From Spirochaetia bacterium (lineage in GTDB: Bacteria; Spirochaetota; Spirochaetia; WTKD01; G963693115): a stretch of DNA of 64,000 nucleotides. Below, piece by piece: positions 30,396 to 39,514 of this stretch (within the stretch, counting starts at the first letter, position 1; each line of letters begins with the position of its first letter). The position numbers and the translations under genes were made by a program. Below the pieces are notes generated by a model. It was not told the origin of the DNA and made no database searches. It was given only the letters and a program-made list of their open reading frames with translations. Location: assembly GCA_965216965.1 (NCBI GenBank), contig CBDCGX010000052.1, positions 35,195-99,194 of the forward strand, read 5' to 3'.

Positions 30396-30743
30396 ATGGA
30401 AAATATTACAATCTTTGATAAGATTCTTGCAAAAAAAATTTCCGCAGACATAGTCTATGAAGATGACTACGTGCTTTCTTTTAAGGATGTAAATCCCCAA
30501 GCACCCATACATGTGCTTGTTATCCCAAAAAAGAAGATCTCAAGCATCTCTTATGCCGATTCACTTTCTGCAGAATATATGGGGCATTTTATGCATGGCA
30601 TTGCAAAAACAGCACGAATACTCAAACTAGAAGAAAATGGATATAGAGTTATCATGAACAATGGGAAAGATGCTCTTCAAACTGTAGAATACTTACATGC
30701 TCACATAGTAGGTGGAAAAAAAATGAGCTGGTCACCTGCATAA
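30396..30743 (+). CDS. HIT family nucleotide-binding protein (HinT-like)
   Basis: TIFDKI, FKDVNPQAPIHVLVIPK, YLHAHIVGG; ATG 30396 behind GGAGG. Confidence 0.92.
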   Translation: MENITIFDKILAKKISADIVYEDDYVLSFKDVNPQAPIHVLVIPKKKISSISYADSLSAEYMGHFMHGIAKTARILKLEENGYRVIMNNGKDALQTVEYLHAHIVGGKKMSWSPA

Positions 30744-30862
30744 GTATTCATAATTAATAGGACAATAAACCTGCTACCACAACACCTTCTCTTGGGAACA
30801 CAGGATATATATAAAAAAAAATGAAAGTACTATTACACAATAAGAGTTATGTATAAATAAAC

Positions 30863-31717
30863 ATGAATAGAATACTTTTTACTCAAGAAGAAATACAATC
30901 TTTTTTTATTCCAAGCAATACTACTGCCATTTTAAAAACAAAATCGTTTTGCTCTAATACTCCAATATCTCTTAGAATACCCCATTATGATTTTAGAATA
31001 CAACACATCAAAAACATATTACAAATATATCCAACAAAGGAAAACAATCACAATAAAAACATAGCACCCCTTCACGCAGGAATTATAGATGCAAGCATGG
31101 GAACACTTTTTATACTCAAAAAAGAATATGAATACATATACGCAAAATATGTCCCCCACCATTGCACAGTCATATCAAATAAAAAACACATAACAATGAT
31201 TATTGCCCATCCACGACCCCCTGTGTTTACAAGAATGATACGAGATCTTAGCACCTTAGGTGTACATCATATAATCATTTACTGTGCAGTGTTATCAGAG
31301 AAAAGCTATATGAACTCTTCTGCATGGAATGTACTTCTAAAAACACTGATAAGCGGAGCAATGCAAGCACAAACATTGAATGTAATTCCAAAAATATCAA
31401 AGCATACTACATTATATGACGCATTAGAAAAACTAAAAACCATTTATACAACTGCCCATGCTTCCCATCTCTTAAAAGCTGTGTTTTCACAAAATGCAAC
31501 AACCTGGTTTACAAGTACTATACAGCCCCTTTGTGTAGACAAACACAATCAACACTCTTCCCTTGTAGCATGCATTGGTCCCGAAAGAGGGTTTACTTCT
31601 AACGAAGAAATGCTTCTTCAACACAATAAATTTGTTCCATATAAGCTCTGTAACTCTATACTTCGTTGCGAAAATGCAGCCCTGCTTGCTGCAGGTACAT
31701 ACTTAAGTAATAAATAA
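30863..31717 (+). CDS. rsmE: 16S rRNA m3U1498 methyltransferase (SPOUT)
   Basis: IGPERGFT..E and L..SILRCENAAL C-terminal motifs. Confidence 0.8.
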   Translation: MNRILFTQEEIQSFFIPSNTTAILKTKSFCSNTPISLRIPHYDFRIQHIKNILQIYPTKENNHNKNIAPLHAGIIDASMGTLFILKKEYEYIYAKYVPHHCTVISNKKHITMIIAHPRPPVFTRMIRDLSTLGVHHIIIYCAVLSEKSYMNSSAWNVLLKTLISGAMQAQTLNVIPKISKHTTLYDALEKLKTIYTTAHASHLLKAVFSQNATTWFTSTIQPLCVDKHNQHSSLVACIGPERGFTSNEEMLLQHNKFVPYKLCNSILRCENAALLAAGTYLSNK

Positions 31718-31731
31718 AATTCTTATAATTT

Positions 31732-32658
31732 TTAATATAATGGCGATGGATAGACTTTGTCTTTAACAAGGCTAGCTATACGGTCTTTAACCATTGGTGT
31801 ATCTTCTTTGTAAGTAATACCAAACCATTCAGAATGAGTAGGAAGAAGTCTTGCTTGTGCCTCACCGTTTGCAATAAGTTGACCAAGATATACTGGCACA
31901 AAAAACTCTGATTTTAATGCAGTTTTATTTTCTTGTAAAAAATCAATAAAACCACTTTGAAGTTGTTTTAAAAACATAGGGGTAAAAGCAAACAAATTCA
32001 TAGAAACTGGTTCTTTCCCCGTAAAGATAATATCTTTTTGAGTTCCTTTATCATCTACTATAACTTCTTTACTTACAATAGTATTGTTTTCTTCTCGTAT
32101 AATCTTTATGTGTTCTTCCAAACACACAAGGAATTCCTCTTCATTAATTTTACAAACCCCTCTTGAAACAGATCCGTGTGGAGAAAGCGTTTTCTCAAGT
32201 TCATATCCTACTACTGCATATTCTGGCATTGTTTCATCAGTATTACAAAGAAAATCAGCAGCAACCTTCAATGCCTCAAAAGAATAATAATCATCTCCAT
32301 TTATCATTACAAAAGGAGTACTCACTACATCCTTACATACAAGCAGTGCATGTCCCGTGCCCCAAGGTTTTTCTCGATTTTCTGGCACAGAAATTCCCTC
32401 TGGAAGCATATGTAACTCCTGATTTACATATACAACTTCAATATGAGTTGGTATTTTCCCTTTAAAAAAATCTCTAACCTGATCTTCTATACTTTTTCGG
32501 ATAACAAGAACTATTTTTGTAAAACCCGCACGAATGGCATTATATATTGAATAATCTATGAGAGATTCTCCATGCAACCCTATTCTCTCAAGCTGTTTGA
32601 TTCCTCCATATCTACTTCCCATACCCGCAGCAAGAACAATAAGTGTTAGTGGTTTCAT
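31732..32658 (-). CDS. Sugar-phosphate nucleotidyltransferase family protein
   Basis: LAAGMGSRYGGIKQ, KPWGTGHA, INGDDYY, WFGITYKED. Confidence 0.85.
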   Translation of the reverse strand: MKPLTLIVLAAGMGSRYGGIKQLERIGLHGESLIDYSIYNAIRAGFTKIVLVIRKSIEDQVRDFFKGKIPTHIEVVYVNQELHMLPEGISVPENREKPWGTGHALLVCKDVVSTPFVMINGDDYYSFEALKVAADFLCNTDETMPEYAVVGYELEKTLSPHGSVSRGVCKINEEEFLVCLEEHIKIIREENNTIVSKEVIVDDKGTQKDIIFTGKEPVSMNLFAFTPMFLKQLQSGFIDFLQENKTALKSEFFVPVYLGQLIANGEAQARLLPTHSEWFGITYKEDTPMVKDRIASLVKDKVYPSPLY

Positions 32659-32719
32659 ACCATGATTATAGTATATCTACGAAAAAAATGAATTATAAAA
32701 ATACAGCCTAGCTATACTA

Positions 32720-33421
32720 CTATCGCCATTTTACTGTCTCTACCATGTAGTGAATGTTTGTATCACCATTCTTTTTTGCTTGCTCTCTTCTTTCTACAAT
32801 AAAAACAAGTGAAGTATTATTACTATCTGCGTATATAGATCGTATAATATATTTTTTTACGCCCTTTCTATAATAGCTAGGATCTCCAACAATTCCAGAG
32901 AACCCCGTTTCTCCATTTGGTAACACCGAAAGATAAATACTAGAAGCACTTTCAAAAGCATTACTTATAATCCTGTTTTTTTGAGACAATTTCATATTGT
33001 ATGTAATATTGCTATCATAATCTATAAATGATAGATCATTTGTAGCATGTTCATTCTCCAAAAGCACATATATAAGTTTTCCCTTATTTAAAGGATTAAT
33101 ATTATATTGTGAAAACACATTGCTATTTTTAAGCATATTACTTAACAATGCACCTTTACCATCTTGATCAACACCTGGGATCACATCATATATCAATGAA
33201 AGTACACCATCAGAAACATAGCTGTTTTGGGAAACATTTATAACAAATATTTTTGAGAAAAGCCTATTATCCTCATTTATGCCATATTCTCCAAAGGCAA
33301 GATAATCAGTATCTTTAGACATACCTAAAAGCTGATAATAAGAATATTCTCCAGAAAATACAGAAAAATGATTTAAGAAAAATAATACTATTATAAAATA
33401 TATAAATTGCCTACGCACCAT
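32720..33421 (-). CDS. Secreted protein, DUF2259-like
   Basis: Signal peptide; LGMSKDTDYLAFGEYG resembles the GFS.DG..FAF..YG pattern. Confidence 0.6.
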   Translation of the reverse strand: MVRRQFIYFIIVLFFLNHFSVFSGEYSYYQLLGMSKDTDYLAFGEYGINEDNRLFSKIFVINVSQNSYVSDGVLSLIYDVIPGVDQDGKGALLSNMLKNSNVFSQYNINPLNKGKLIYVLLENEHATNDLSFIDYDSNITYNMKLSQKNRIISNAFESASSIYLSVLPNGETGFSGIVGDPSYYRKGVKKYIIRSIYADSNNTSLVFIVERREQAKKNGDTNIHYMVETVKWR

Positions 33422-33486
33422 AAACCATCCTTTTTATAATTGTCGGATTAAAAAGTAAACTATTTATAGTATAATCAATATAAATA

Positions 33487-34248
33487 ATGAATGTCATTTT
33501 CTTTCGGAGAATATTTTTTATATTACAAACTATAATTGTGCTTGTAATTGCGTTTTTTAGCACATATCAAACTATTTATATGCATAAAAACCCCATCTCT
33601 TCCAATATTATATATATATACTCAACATATGCTTTTACATCACTTTTTTTATATGTATGCGCATGGATTATCTTTATATCTTATGAATCTCTCACTACAC
33701 ACCAATTCTTCTTTGGATCAGGACTTTTAGCTGCATCACTTGTAACTATACTACTTTCAAATACACGATATTTTTCCCCTTCACTTCTAGAAGACCAACT
33801 CGCTCTCCACACAAGAATATATAGTAGTACATATATAATAATGTTATTTTTCTTCTTATTCTCTGCCTTATTTGTTAATTCGAAAAAACACCCCAATGAT
33901 ATCTTACTTTTCTTAACAACAATAAGTATTTCCATCCTCGCAGGGAAAATCGGACCTTTTATATATAAGAAAAATGATTCCGAATTATACATTGGCGGAG
34001 GACAGCTTTTCTTTTACATTAGTATAATAATGTTTATTATAATAACCAGCATCTATCTTTTTGGATTTTCCCATTCAACAATGATAAACAATTTTGCACT
34101 TCATCAGTTTTTACTTTTATTTTTATTTTTTATATCCTTACAAGTTCAATTGTTTTTTACACCACCTATTGTAATAACCATTACTACTATCATTCTCATA
34201 ACAAGTTTTGTAGGTTACCTGCAAGGGCATTTCCTTAAAATGTTATAA
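33487..34248 (+). CDS. Hypothetical polytopic membrane protein
   Basis: 253 aa, about 7 hydrophobic segments; no motif recognised. Confidence 0.6.
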   Translation: MNVIFFRRIFFILQTIIVLVIAFFSTYQTIYMHKNPISSNIIYIYSTYAFTSLFLYVCAWIIFISYESLTTHQFFFGSGLLAASLVTILLSNTRYFSPSLLEDQLALHTRIYSSTYIIMLFFFLFSALFVNSKKHPNDILLFLTTISISILAGKIGPFIYKKNDSELYIGGGQLFFYISIIMFIIITSIYLFGFSHSTMINNFALHQFLLLFLFFISLQVQLFFTPPIVITITTIILITSFVGYLQGHFLKML

Positions 34249-34334
34249 TTACATTTTCATAATAGTAGTGATCTGTATGCTTTTAGAATTCTTACTAAAT
34301 GACAATTTATTTAAAGAACATATAAAATAATAAT

Positions 34335-35852
34335 ATGGGACGTGTATTTCAAAACAATATTCATTGTATAGGCATAAAAGGAAGCGGAATGGCTGCACTT
34401 GCAGTTCTTCTTTCAAAAATGGGATATTCTATTTCTGGAACCGATCACGCTGACCATTTCCACACTGACACTTTACTCTTACAAAACAATATACAATTTT
34501 CCGAAGGGTTTTCTCCATCAAACATTCCTCCCCAAACTCAAACAATAATATATTCTGCTGCATATTCAAAAAAAGATTGTAATGAATTAGCCCATGCCAT
34601 GAAACACTTTCCGTGTTTCTCTTATCCAGAAGCTCTTGGTATGCTTTCAAAAGCATATGCCTTTTGGACAGTCATAGGAACACACGGGAAAACCTCTACA
34701 GCAGCCCTTATAGCACTTATGTGCAAGACACTATCCTTGCCTACCTCTGTACTTGTTGGAGGTGTAGTACAAGATTTAAATGATAACGCTATATGGCACA
34801 ACGGAGAAAAAGCATTCTTTACAGAAGTATGCGAATATAAAAACCATCTTTCTAAGATTTCCCCTTCTGCAACAATATTTACAAGTGCAGAGTGGGACCA
34901 TCCCGACTATTTTAGAAATGAGGCTGCCGTATACAAAGCATTTGCAAATTTCTTGCACCAGCTCCCTTCTTCTTCTCCACTCATAGCATGTTTAGATAAC
35001 AATGGGGTTAAAAATACTTTACACCTTCTCTCATCAAAGAAAAAACTCCCCCCCCATCTTAAAATATATGGATATGGAAGAACCCCTCATCAAAATATAT
35101 CCCACATAAATACACATAAATATGTTCATATCCACAATACAACTTCTTCAACAAAGCATAATAAAAAACACATGCTGTCTTTTTCCATAAGTGGACTTTC
35201 ACAAAAAGCTGACTCATTACAATGGCATATTTCTAAACCACCAGAAGTTTTGATAGATAACTCCGTAGCAGCCCTTTTAACCATGTATGCTTATGCCGAA
35301 CAAAACAAAGAACATACAAATATAAACTATCCCATACTACAAAAAATGCTTTTATCTTTTAAAGGGGTAAGACGTCGCTGTGAAATAGTCTATAAGAACG
35401 CTTCATATCTCATATTAGACGACTATGGGCATCATCCCACTGCTATTGCACACACCTTACAAAGTATTAAAGAGTTTTATTCTCCTCGCCGTTTAATTGT
35501 AGACTTTATGTCACATACCTATACACGAACAATAGCATTCTGGGATGAGTTTATATTTTGTTTTGATAATGCAGACATTCTTATAATAAATGATATATAT
35601 TCTTCGGAACGAGAAAAAACACTTTTACAAAATAGCACAGATATTACTGCATATGATGCACAACATTTATGTAATGCTATATCAAAAAGGAATATTTCTC
35701 ATACACAATACATTCATTGTCTTACAAAGACAGCAGAACATGTGTGTAACATAATTCAAGAAGGCGATGTTTTCGTCACAATGGGTGCTGGCGATACCTT
35801 TAGAGTTGCAGCACAAGTAAAGAAATTTCTTTTAAAATTGGAAAACAAGTGA
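34335..35852 (+). CDS. murC: UDP-N-acetylmuramate--L-alanine ligase
   Basis: GIKGSGMAALA, GTHGKTST, GVRRR, DDYGHHPTAI, TMGAGD. Confidence 0.9.
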   Translation: MGRVFQNNIHCIGIKGSGMAALAVLLSKMGYSISGTDHADHFHTDTLLLQNNIQFSEGFSPSNIPPQTQTIIYSAAYSKKDCNELAHAMKHFPCFSYPEALGMLSKAYAFWTVIGTHGKTSTAALIALMCKTLSLPTSVLVGGVVQDLNDNAIWHNGEKAFFTEVCEYKNHLSKISPSATIFTSAEWDHPDYFRNEAAVYKAFANFLHQLPSSSPLIACLDNNGVKNTLHLLSSKKKLPPHLKIYGYGRTPHQNISHINTHKYVHIHNTTSSTKHNKKHMLSFSISGLSQKADSLQWHISKPPEVLIDNSVAALLTMYAYAEQNKEHTNINYPILQKMLLSFKGVRRRCEIVYKNASYLILDDYGHHPTAIAHTLQSIKEFYSPRRLIVDFMSHTYTRTIAFWDEFIFCFDNADILIINDIYSSEREKTLLQNSTDITAYDAQHLCNAISKRNISHTQYIHCLTKTAEHVCNIIQEGDVFVTMGAGDTFRVAAQVKKFLLKLENK

Positions 35853-36406
35853 GAAAAATGGAAATAGTACCCCCCTCATTATGCATTGCAATATCTGGAA
35901 AAAGTGGTTGCGGAAACACCTCCATTAGCACTTTACTATCAAATAAACTTGCAATACAGTCCATCAATTATACCTTTCGTTCTTTAGCAAAAGAAAAAAA
36001 GAAATCCTTAGAAGAAATCTGTAAGCTAGCAGAAAACAATCCCTCTTTTGATAAACTCGTTGACAAAAAACAGCAACAACTTTCAAAAAAGACTTCTTGC
36101 ATAGTAGCTTCTCGCCTTGCAATATGGCTTATACATCACGCCAACATAAAAATTTATCTTTATGCAGATTTACAAACACGTAGCACTCGTATCCACAAAA
36201 GAGAACGCGGAAACCTTACCATAAGGTTGCAAGAAACAAAGCAAAGAGATTTAAAAGACGCCAAACGATATAAAAGTTTATATAACATTGATATAAATAA
36301 ATATAGTAAAGCTGCAGACATAATTATTGATACAAGAAATAAAAACAAGAAAACTATCATACAAGAAATTGTACAAGCACTTAAAAAACACAACCTTATT
36401 AAATAG
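35849..36406 (+). CDS. cmk: Cytidylate kinase, archaeal type
   Basis: ISGKSGCGNTS, INYTFR, SRLAIW, RYK.LYNID; GTG start overlaps the murC stop. Confidence 0.8.
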   Translation: MRKMEIVPPSLCIAISGKSGCGNTSISTLLSNKLAIQSINYTFRSLAKEKKKSLEEICKLAENNPSFDKLVDKKQQQLSKKTSCIVASRLAIWLIHHANIKIYLYADLQTRSTRIHKRERGNLTIRLQETKQRDLKDAKRYKSLYNIDINKYSKAADIIIDTRNKNKKTIIQEIVQALKKHNLIK

Positions 36407-36436
36407 CGACTATATGATATACTATATCAAAATAAC

Positions 36437-37375
36437 ATGTCTTTAAGTTCTTTAGCAAACGCACATTTACGCGATGGCATCAAAAACACAAAAAAATCTT
36501 CTCTTGCTATTTGTATTTTAGCAAGAGATTGTGAACGATATCTCAAAAAAACACTCAAAAAGATAGCACTCCTTCACAAATATTTTAAACATTGCGAATT
36601 TTTCATAGCAGAAAACAACAGTAAAGACTCTACCCCCCATATAATTTCACAATGGTGCAAAAAAGATATTCATCATAGACATATTATAGATGTATATACT
36701 TATTTTTCTCGTCATCATTCTTCAACACTTTCTTTTGTAAACATATTTGATAGCACAATCAACTCAAGTACAAAACACAACCACATAAGAACGCGTATAG
36801 AAAGAATGGCAATACTAAGAGATAGTGTTTTAGATGCTGCAAAAAAATCTTCTAAAAAGTTTGAGTATGTACTTATGTTGGATGCCGATATCTTCTGGTT
36901 TTCTATTAAAGGAATATTGCAATGTTTCTCTAGCTTTCTTCCCTCTTGGCATGCTCTTACCGCAAATGGAAGAGTGTTCTGTTGGAAATGCATACCCCCA
37001 TTTCAAAATATATACTATGACAGCTTTGCTGTAAAACCCATGTACGAAGCTATTTCTCCATTATCATGGCAAACACATTTACAAAAAACTCTCTCCCCCC
37101 TCAATAAACATGCTATGCTTTTCCCAGTAGAAAGTGCATTTGGAGCTATGGCATTATACCAATATAATGCCATACAAGATATTAAATATACTGATGCTAC
37201 TGAAGAAGATGGGTTTTCATTTTGCGAACATGTTTCGTTTCATAAACAAATGCGAAAATCAGGACATACAAACATTTTTATTAACCCATATATGATGCTC
37301 TATTATAATAATCCCATACCTTTTTCTTTTTATAGTATTATAAAAGCTGTTAAAAAAAGAAAAAAACATTTATAG
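36437..37375 (+). CDS. GT-A fold glycosyltransferase (paralog 1)
   Basis: LARDCE, ENNSKDST, RIERMAILRD, LDAD, YYDSFA, VESAFGAMALY, CEHVSFH. Confidence 0.75.
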   Translation: MSLSSLANAHLRDGIKNTKKSSLAICILARDCERYLKKTLKKIALLHKYFKHCEFFIAENNSKDSTPHIISQWCKKDIHHRHIIDVYTYFSRHHSSTLSFVNIFDSTINSSTKHNHIRTRIERMAILRDSVLDAAKKSSKKFEYVLMLDADIFWFSIKGILQCFSSFLPSWHALTANGRVFCWKCIPPFQNIYYDSFAVKPMYEAISPLSWQTHLQKTLSPLNKHAMLFPVESAFGAMALYQYNAIQDIKYTDATEEDGFSFCEHVSFHKQMRKSGHTNIFINPYMMLYYNNPIPFSFYSIIKAVKKRKKHL

Positions 37376-37411
37376 TGTTACAATTCACAGCTTTTAAAGA
37401 CAATAGCAATT

Positions 37412-38455
37412 ATGATATTTCAAAATATAATTACACTTCAAAATATTTTCTCTTATAAAAAAGATGTAAAAATTGGTATTAAACAAGCAAAAAATGTGCA
37501 AGTTGCAATATGCTGTCTTGCACGAAATTGTGAAAAAAAAATCAAACACAATATGGCTTCTATTCTTTTGTTAAAAAAATATTTTTCTGCTATGCAGATT
37601 TATATCCTAGAAAACGATAGTACAGACCACACAAAAGAAACCTTACAAAAATATTCAAGCATGCACTCCTACATACACCTTTATGATTTTTCACTCTGTA
37701 AAGAGGCATTTAGAAACACCATTGATCTTCAAAAACTTAAAAGCATTATACATGATGAAGAAAAACTACTCACAAAAATAAGAATGATGAGAATGTCAAT
37801 TCTACGCGATAGTATTTTATATGCAATAAAAAAAACTGCATTTTTCCCAGACATCGTCATACAAATAGATATAGATGTACATTCATTTAGCGTTAAAGGA
37901 ATCTTACACTCTCTTGCCCATTACAATACATGGGATACTATATGTGCAAACGGAAGAAGTATTACCTTTTGTCAAAATCAAAAAAGTTATAATTTATTCT
38001 TTGATACATTTTCCTTTCTTCCTCATAATACAAAAGAAAATAAAGAGTATTTTGAACCAAGAGTAGATAATCAATGGATATATTCCTCCATCAAAAAAGG
38101 ACAGCCCCTATACCCTACACGTTCAGGGTTTGGAGGAATAAGTATATATAAATACGCTCTTATTCGCAATATTTCATATTATGATAGTGTCCAGCTAGAT
38201 AACTTTACGCAATGTGAACATGTTTCTTTTTATAAAAGTTTACGACAACAAGGATATAAAAAAATATATTTAAACCCTTCACTTTTAGTTTATTATAATA
38301 CTTTTATAGGAGCTCTTATATACGCAATAGGAGCACGGAATATAACATATAAAGGTCCATTTATAAAATTATTTATCCGCACATTACATTTTATATTGCT
38401 TCCAATAATATTATTATTACGACTATTTCTAAAAAAGAAAACTAATCGTTCATAA
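37412..38455 (+). CDS. GT-A fold glycosyltransferase (paralog 2)
   Basis: LARNCE, ENDSTDHT, RMMRMSILRD, IDID, FFDTFS, RSGFGGISIY, CEHVSFY. Confidence 0.75.
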   Translation: MIFQNIITLQNIFSYKKDVKIGIKQAKNVQVAICCLARNCEKKIKHNMASILLLKKYFSAMQIYILENDSTDHTKETLQKYSSMHSYIHLYDFSLCKEAFRNTIDLQKLKSIIHDEEKLLTKIRMMRMSILRDSILYAIKKTAFFPDIVIQIDIDVHSFSVKGILHSLAHYNTWDTICANGRSITFCQNQKSYNLFFDTFSFLPHNTKENKEYFEPRVDNQWIYSSIKKGQPLYPTRSGFGGISIYKYALIRNISYYDSVQLDNFTQCEHVSFYKSLRQQGYKKIYLNPSLLVYYNTFIGALIYAIGARNITYKGPFIKLFIRTLHFILLPIILLLRLFLKKKTNRS

Positions 38456-38472
38456 CCCATTATTTTGTGTTA

Positions 38473-38494
38473 GCCTTGACTAAAAAGTCAAGGC
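38473..38494. terminator. Hairpin between convergent GT and nrdB
   Basis: GCCTTGACT-AAAA-AGTCAAGGC. Confidence 0.55.
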
Positions 38495-38495
38495 A

Positions 38496-39488
38496 TTACC
38501 ACTCTAGCTTTCCACCTACCTGATATTCAGTTACTCTTGTTTCAAAGAAGTTTTTTTCTTTTGAAAGATCTGTAGATTGACTCATCCATGGGAAAGGATT
38601 TTCTTTTTTATATTGAATAGGTAAATTAATCCTATCAAGTCGTCTATCAGCAATATATTCAACATAGTCACAAAATTGCTCTGCATTTATTCCCAAAATA
38701 CCATCAGGACATGCATCAAGTGCATATTTCTTTTCAAGATCTACTGCTTGTTTTACAAGATGTATTATTCCTTCCTTAAAACTATCTGTCCATATTGTAG
38801 GATTTTCTTTTACTATGGTATTAGTGAGATCTGCACCAAAAGCAAGGTGTAAACTTTCATCTCTCATTATGTATTCAAACTGCTCTCCTATACCAACCAT
38901 TTTGTTTTTTCGCTTAAGTGCAAGCATCATGGCAAATCCGGCATAAAAATAAATACCTTCCATTATTATGTAATACCCTATAAGATCATGTACAAATTTT
39001 TGAATGTTTTCATCTCCTTCTGTAGTAAAACTAGGATTAAAAACATTCTTCGTAAGATTAATAACGAAATCATCCTTATCTTTAATTGATGGAACCGTTT
39101 CGTACATTGAAAATATACTATCGGGATCAAGACCAAGAGAATCACAACAATAAATAAAACAATCAGTATGGATTGCTTCCTCAAATGCTTGTCTTAACAA
39201 ATACTGTCTGCACTCAGGATTTGTTACATGATTATATACTGCAAGTACAATATTATTTGCAGTAAGTGATTCTGCCGTCGAGAAAAAGCCAACATTCCAC
39301 ACAATCAGTCGTCGCTCTGTTTCTGTCAAAACATCCTTAGACTTCCATTGTTCAATGTCCTGTTGCATTGGAATTTCTTCTGGCGTCCAATTATTTGCAA
39401 CCCCATCTTTATAATGAGCCCTCGCCCATGTATATGTCATAGGAAGGATTTTATTGGGATCCGTTTTATTATTATTAATAATACTCAT
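38496..39488 (-). CDS. nrdB: Ribonucleotide reductase beta subunit, class Ic (R2c) signature
   Basis: WTPEEIPM, FFSTAESL (Glu ligand), EEAIHTDCF (Phe at the radical-Tyr position), MEGIYFY, RDESLH, NFFETRVTEY. Confidence 0.93.
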   Translation of the reverse strand: MSIINNNKTDPNKILPMTYTWARAHYKDGVANNWTPEEIPMQQDIEQWKSKDVLTETERRLIVWNVGFFSTAESLTANNIVLAVYNHVTNPECRQYLLRQAFEEAIHTDCFIYCCDSLGLDPDSIFSMYETVPSIKDKDDFVINLTKNVFNPSFTTEGDENIQKFVHDLIGYYIIMEGIYFYAGFAMMLALKRKNKMVGIGEQFEYIMRDESLHLAFGADLTNTIVKENPTIWTDSFKEGIIHLVKQAVDLEKKYALDACPDGILGINAEQFCDYVEYIADRRLDRINLPIQYKKENPFPWMSQSTDLSKEKNFFETRVTEYQVGGKLEW

Positions 39489-39514
39489 TGTTTCTCCTTA
39501 AATTTATTATATTA

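Noticed and set aside
30744-30862. Slightly GC-richer patch after the HIT gene as a possible sRNA or riboswitch
   Set aside because: No convincing stem or known aptamer motif.
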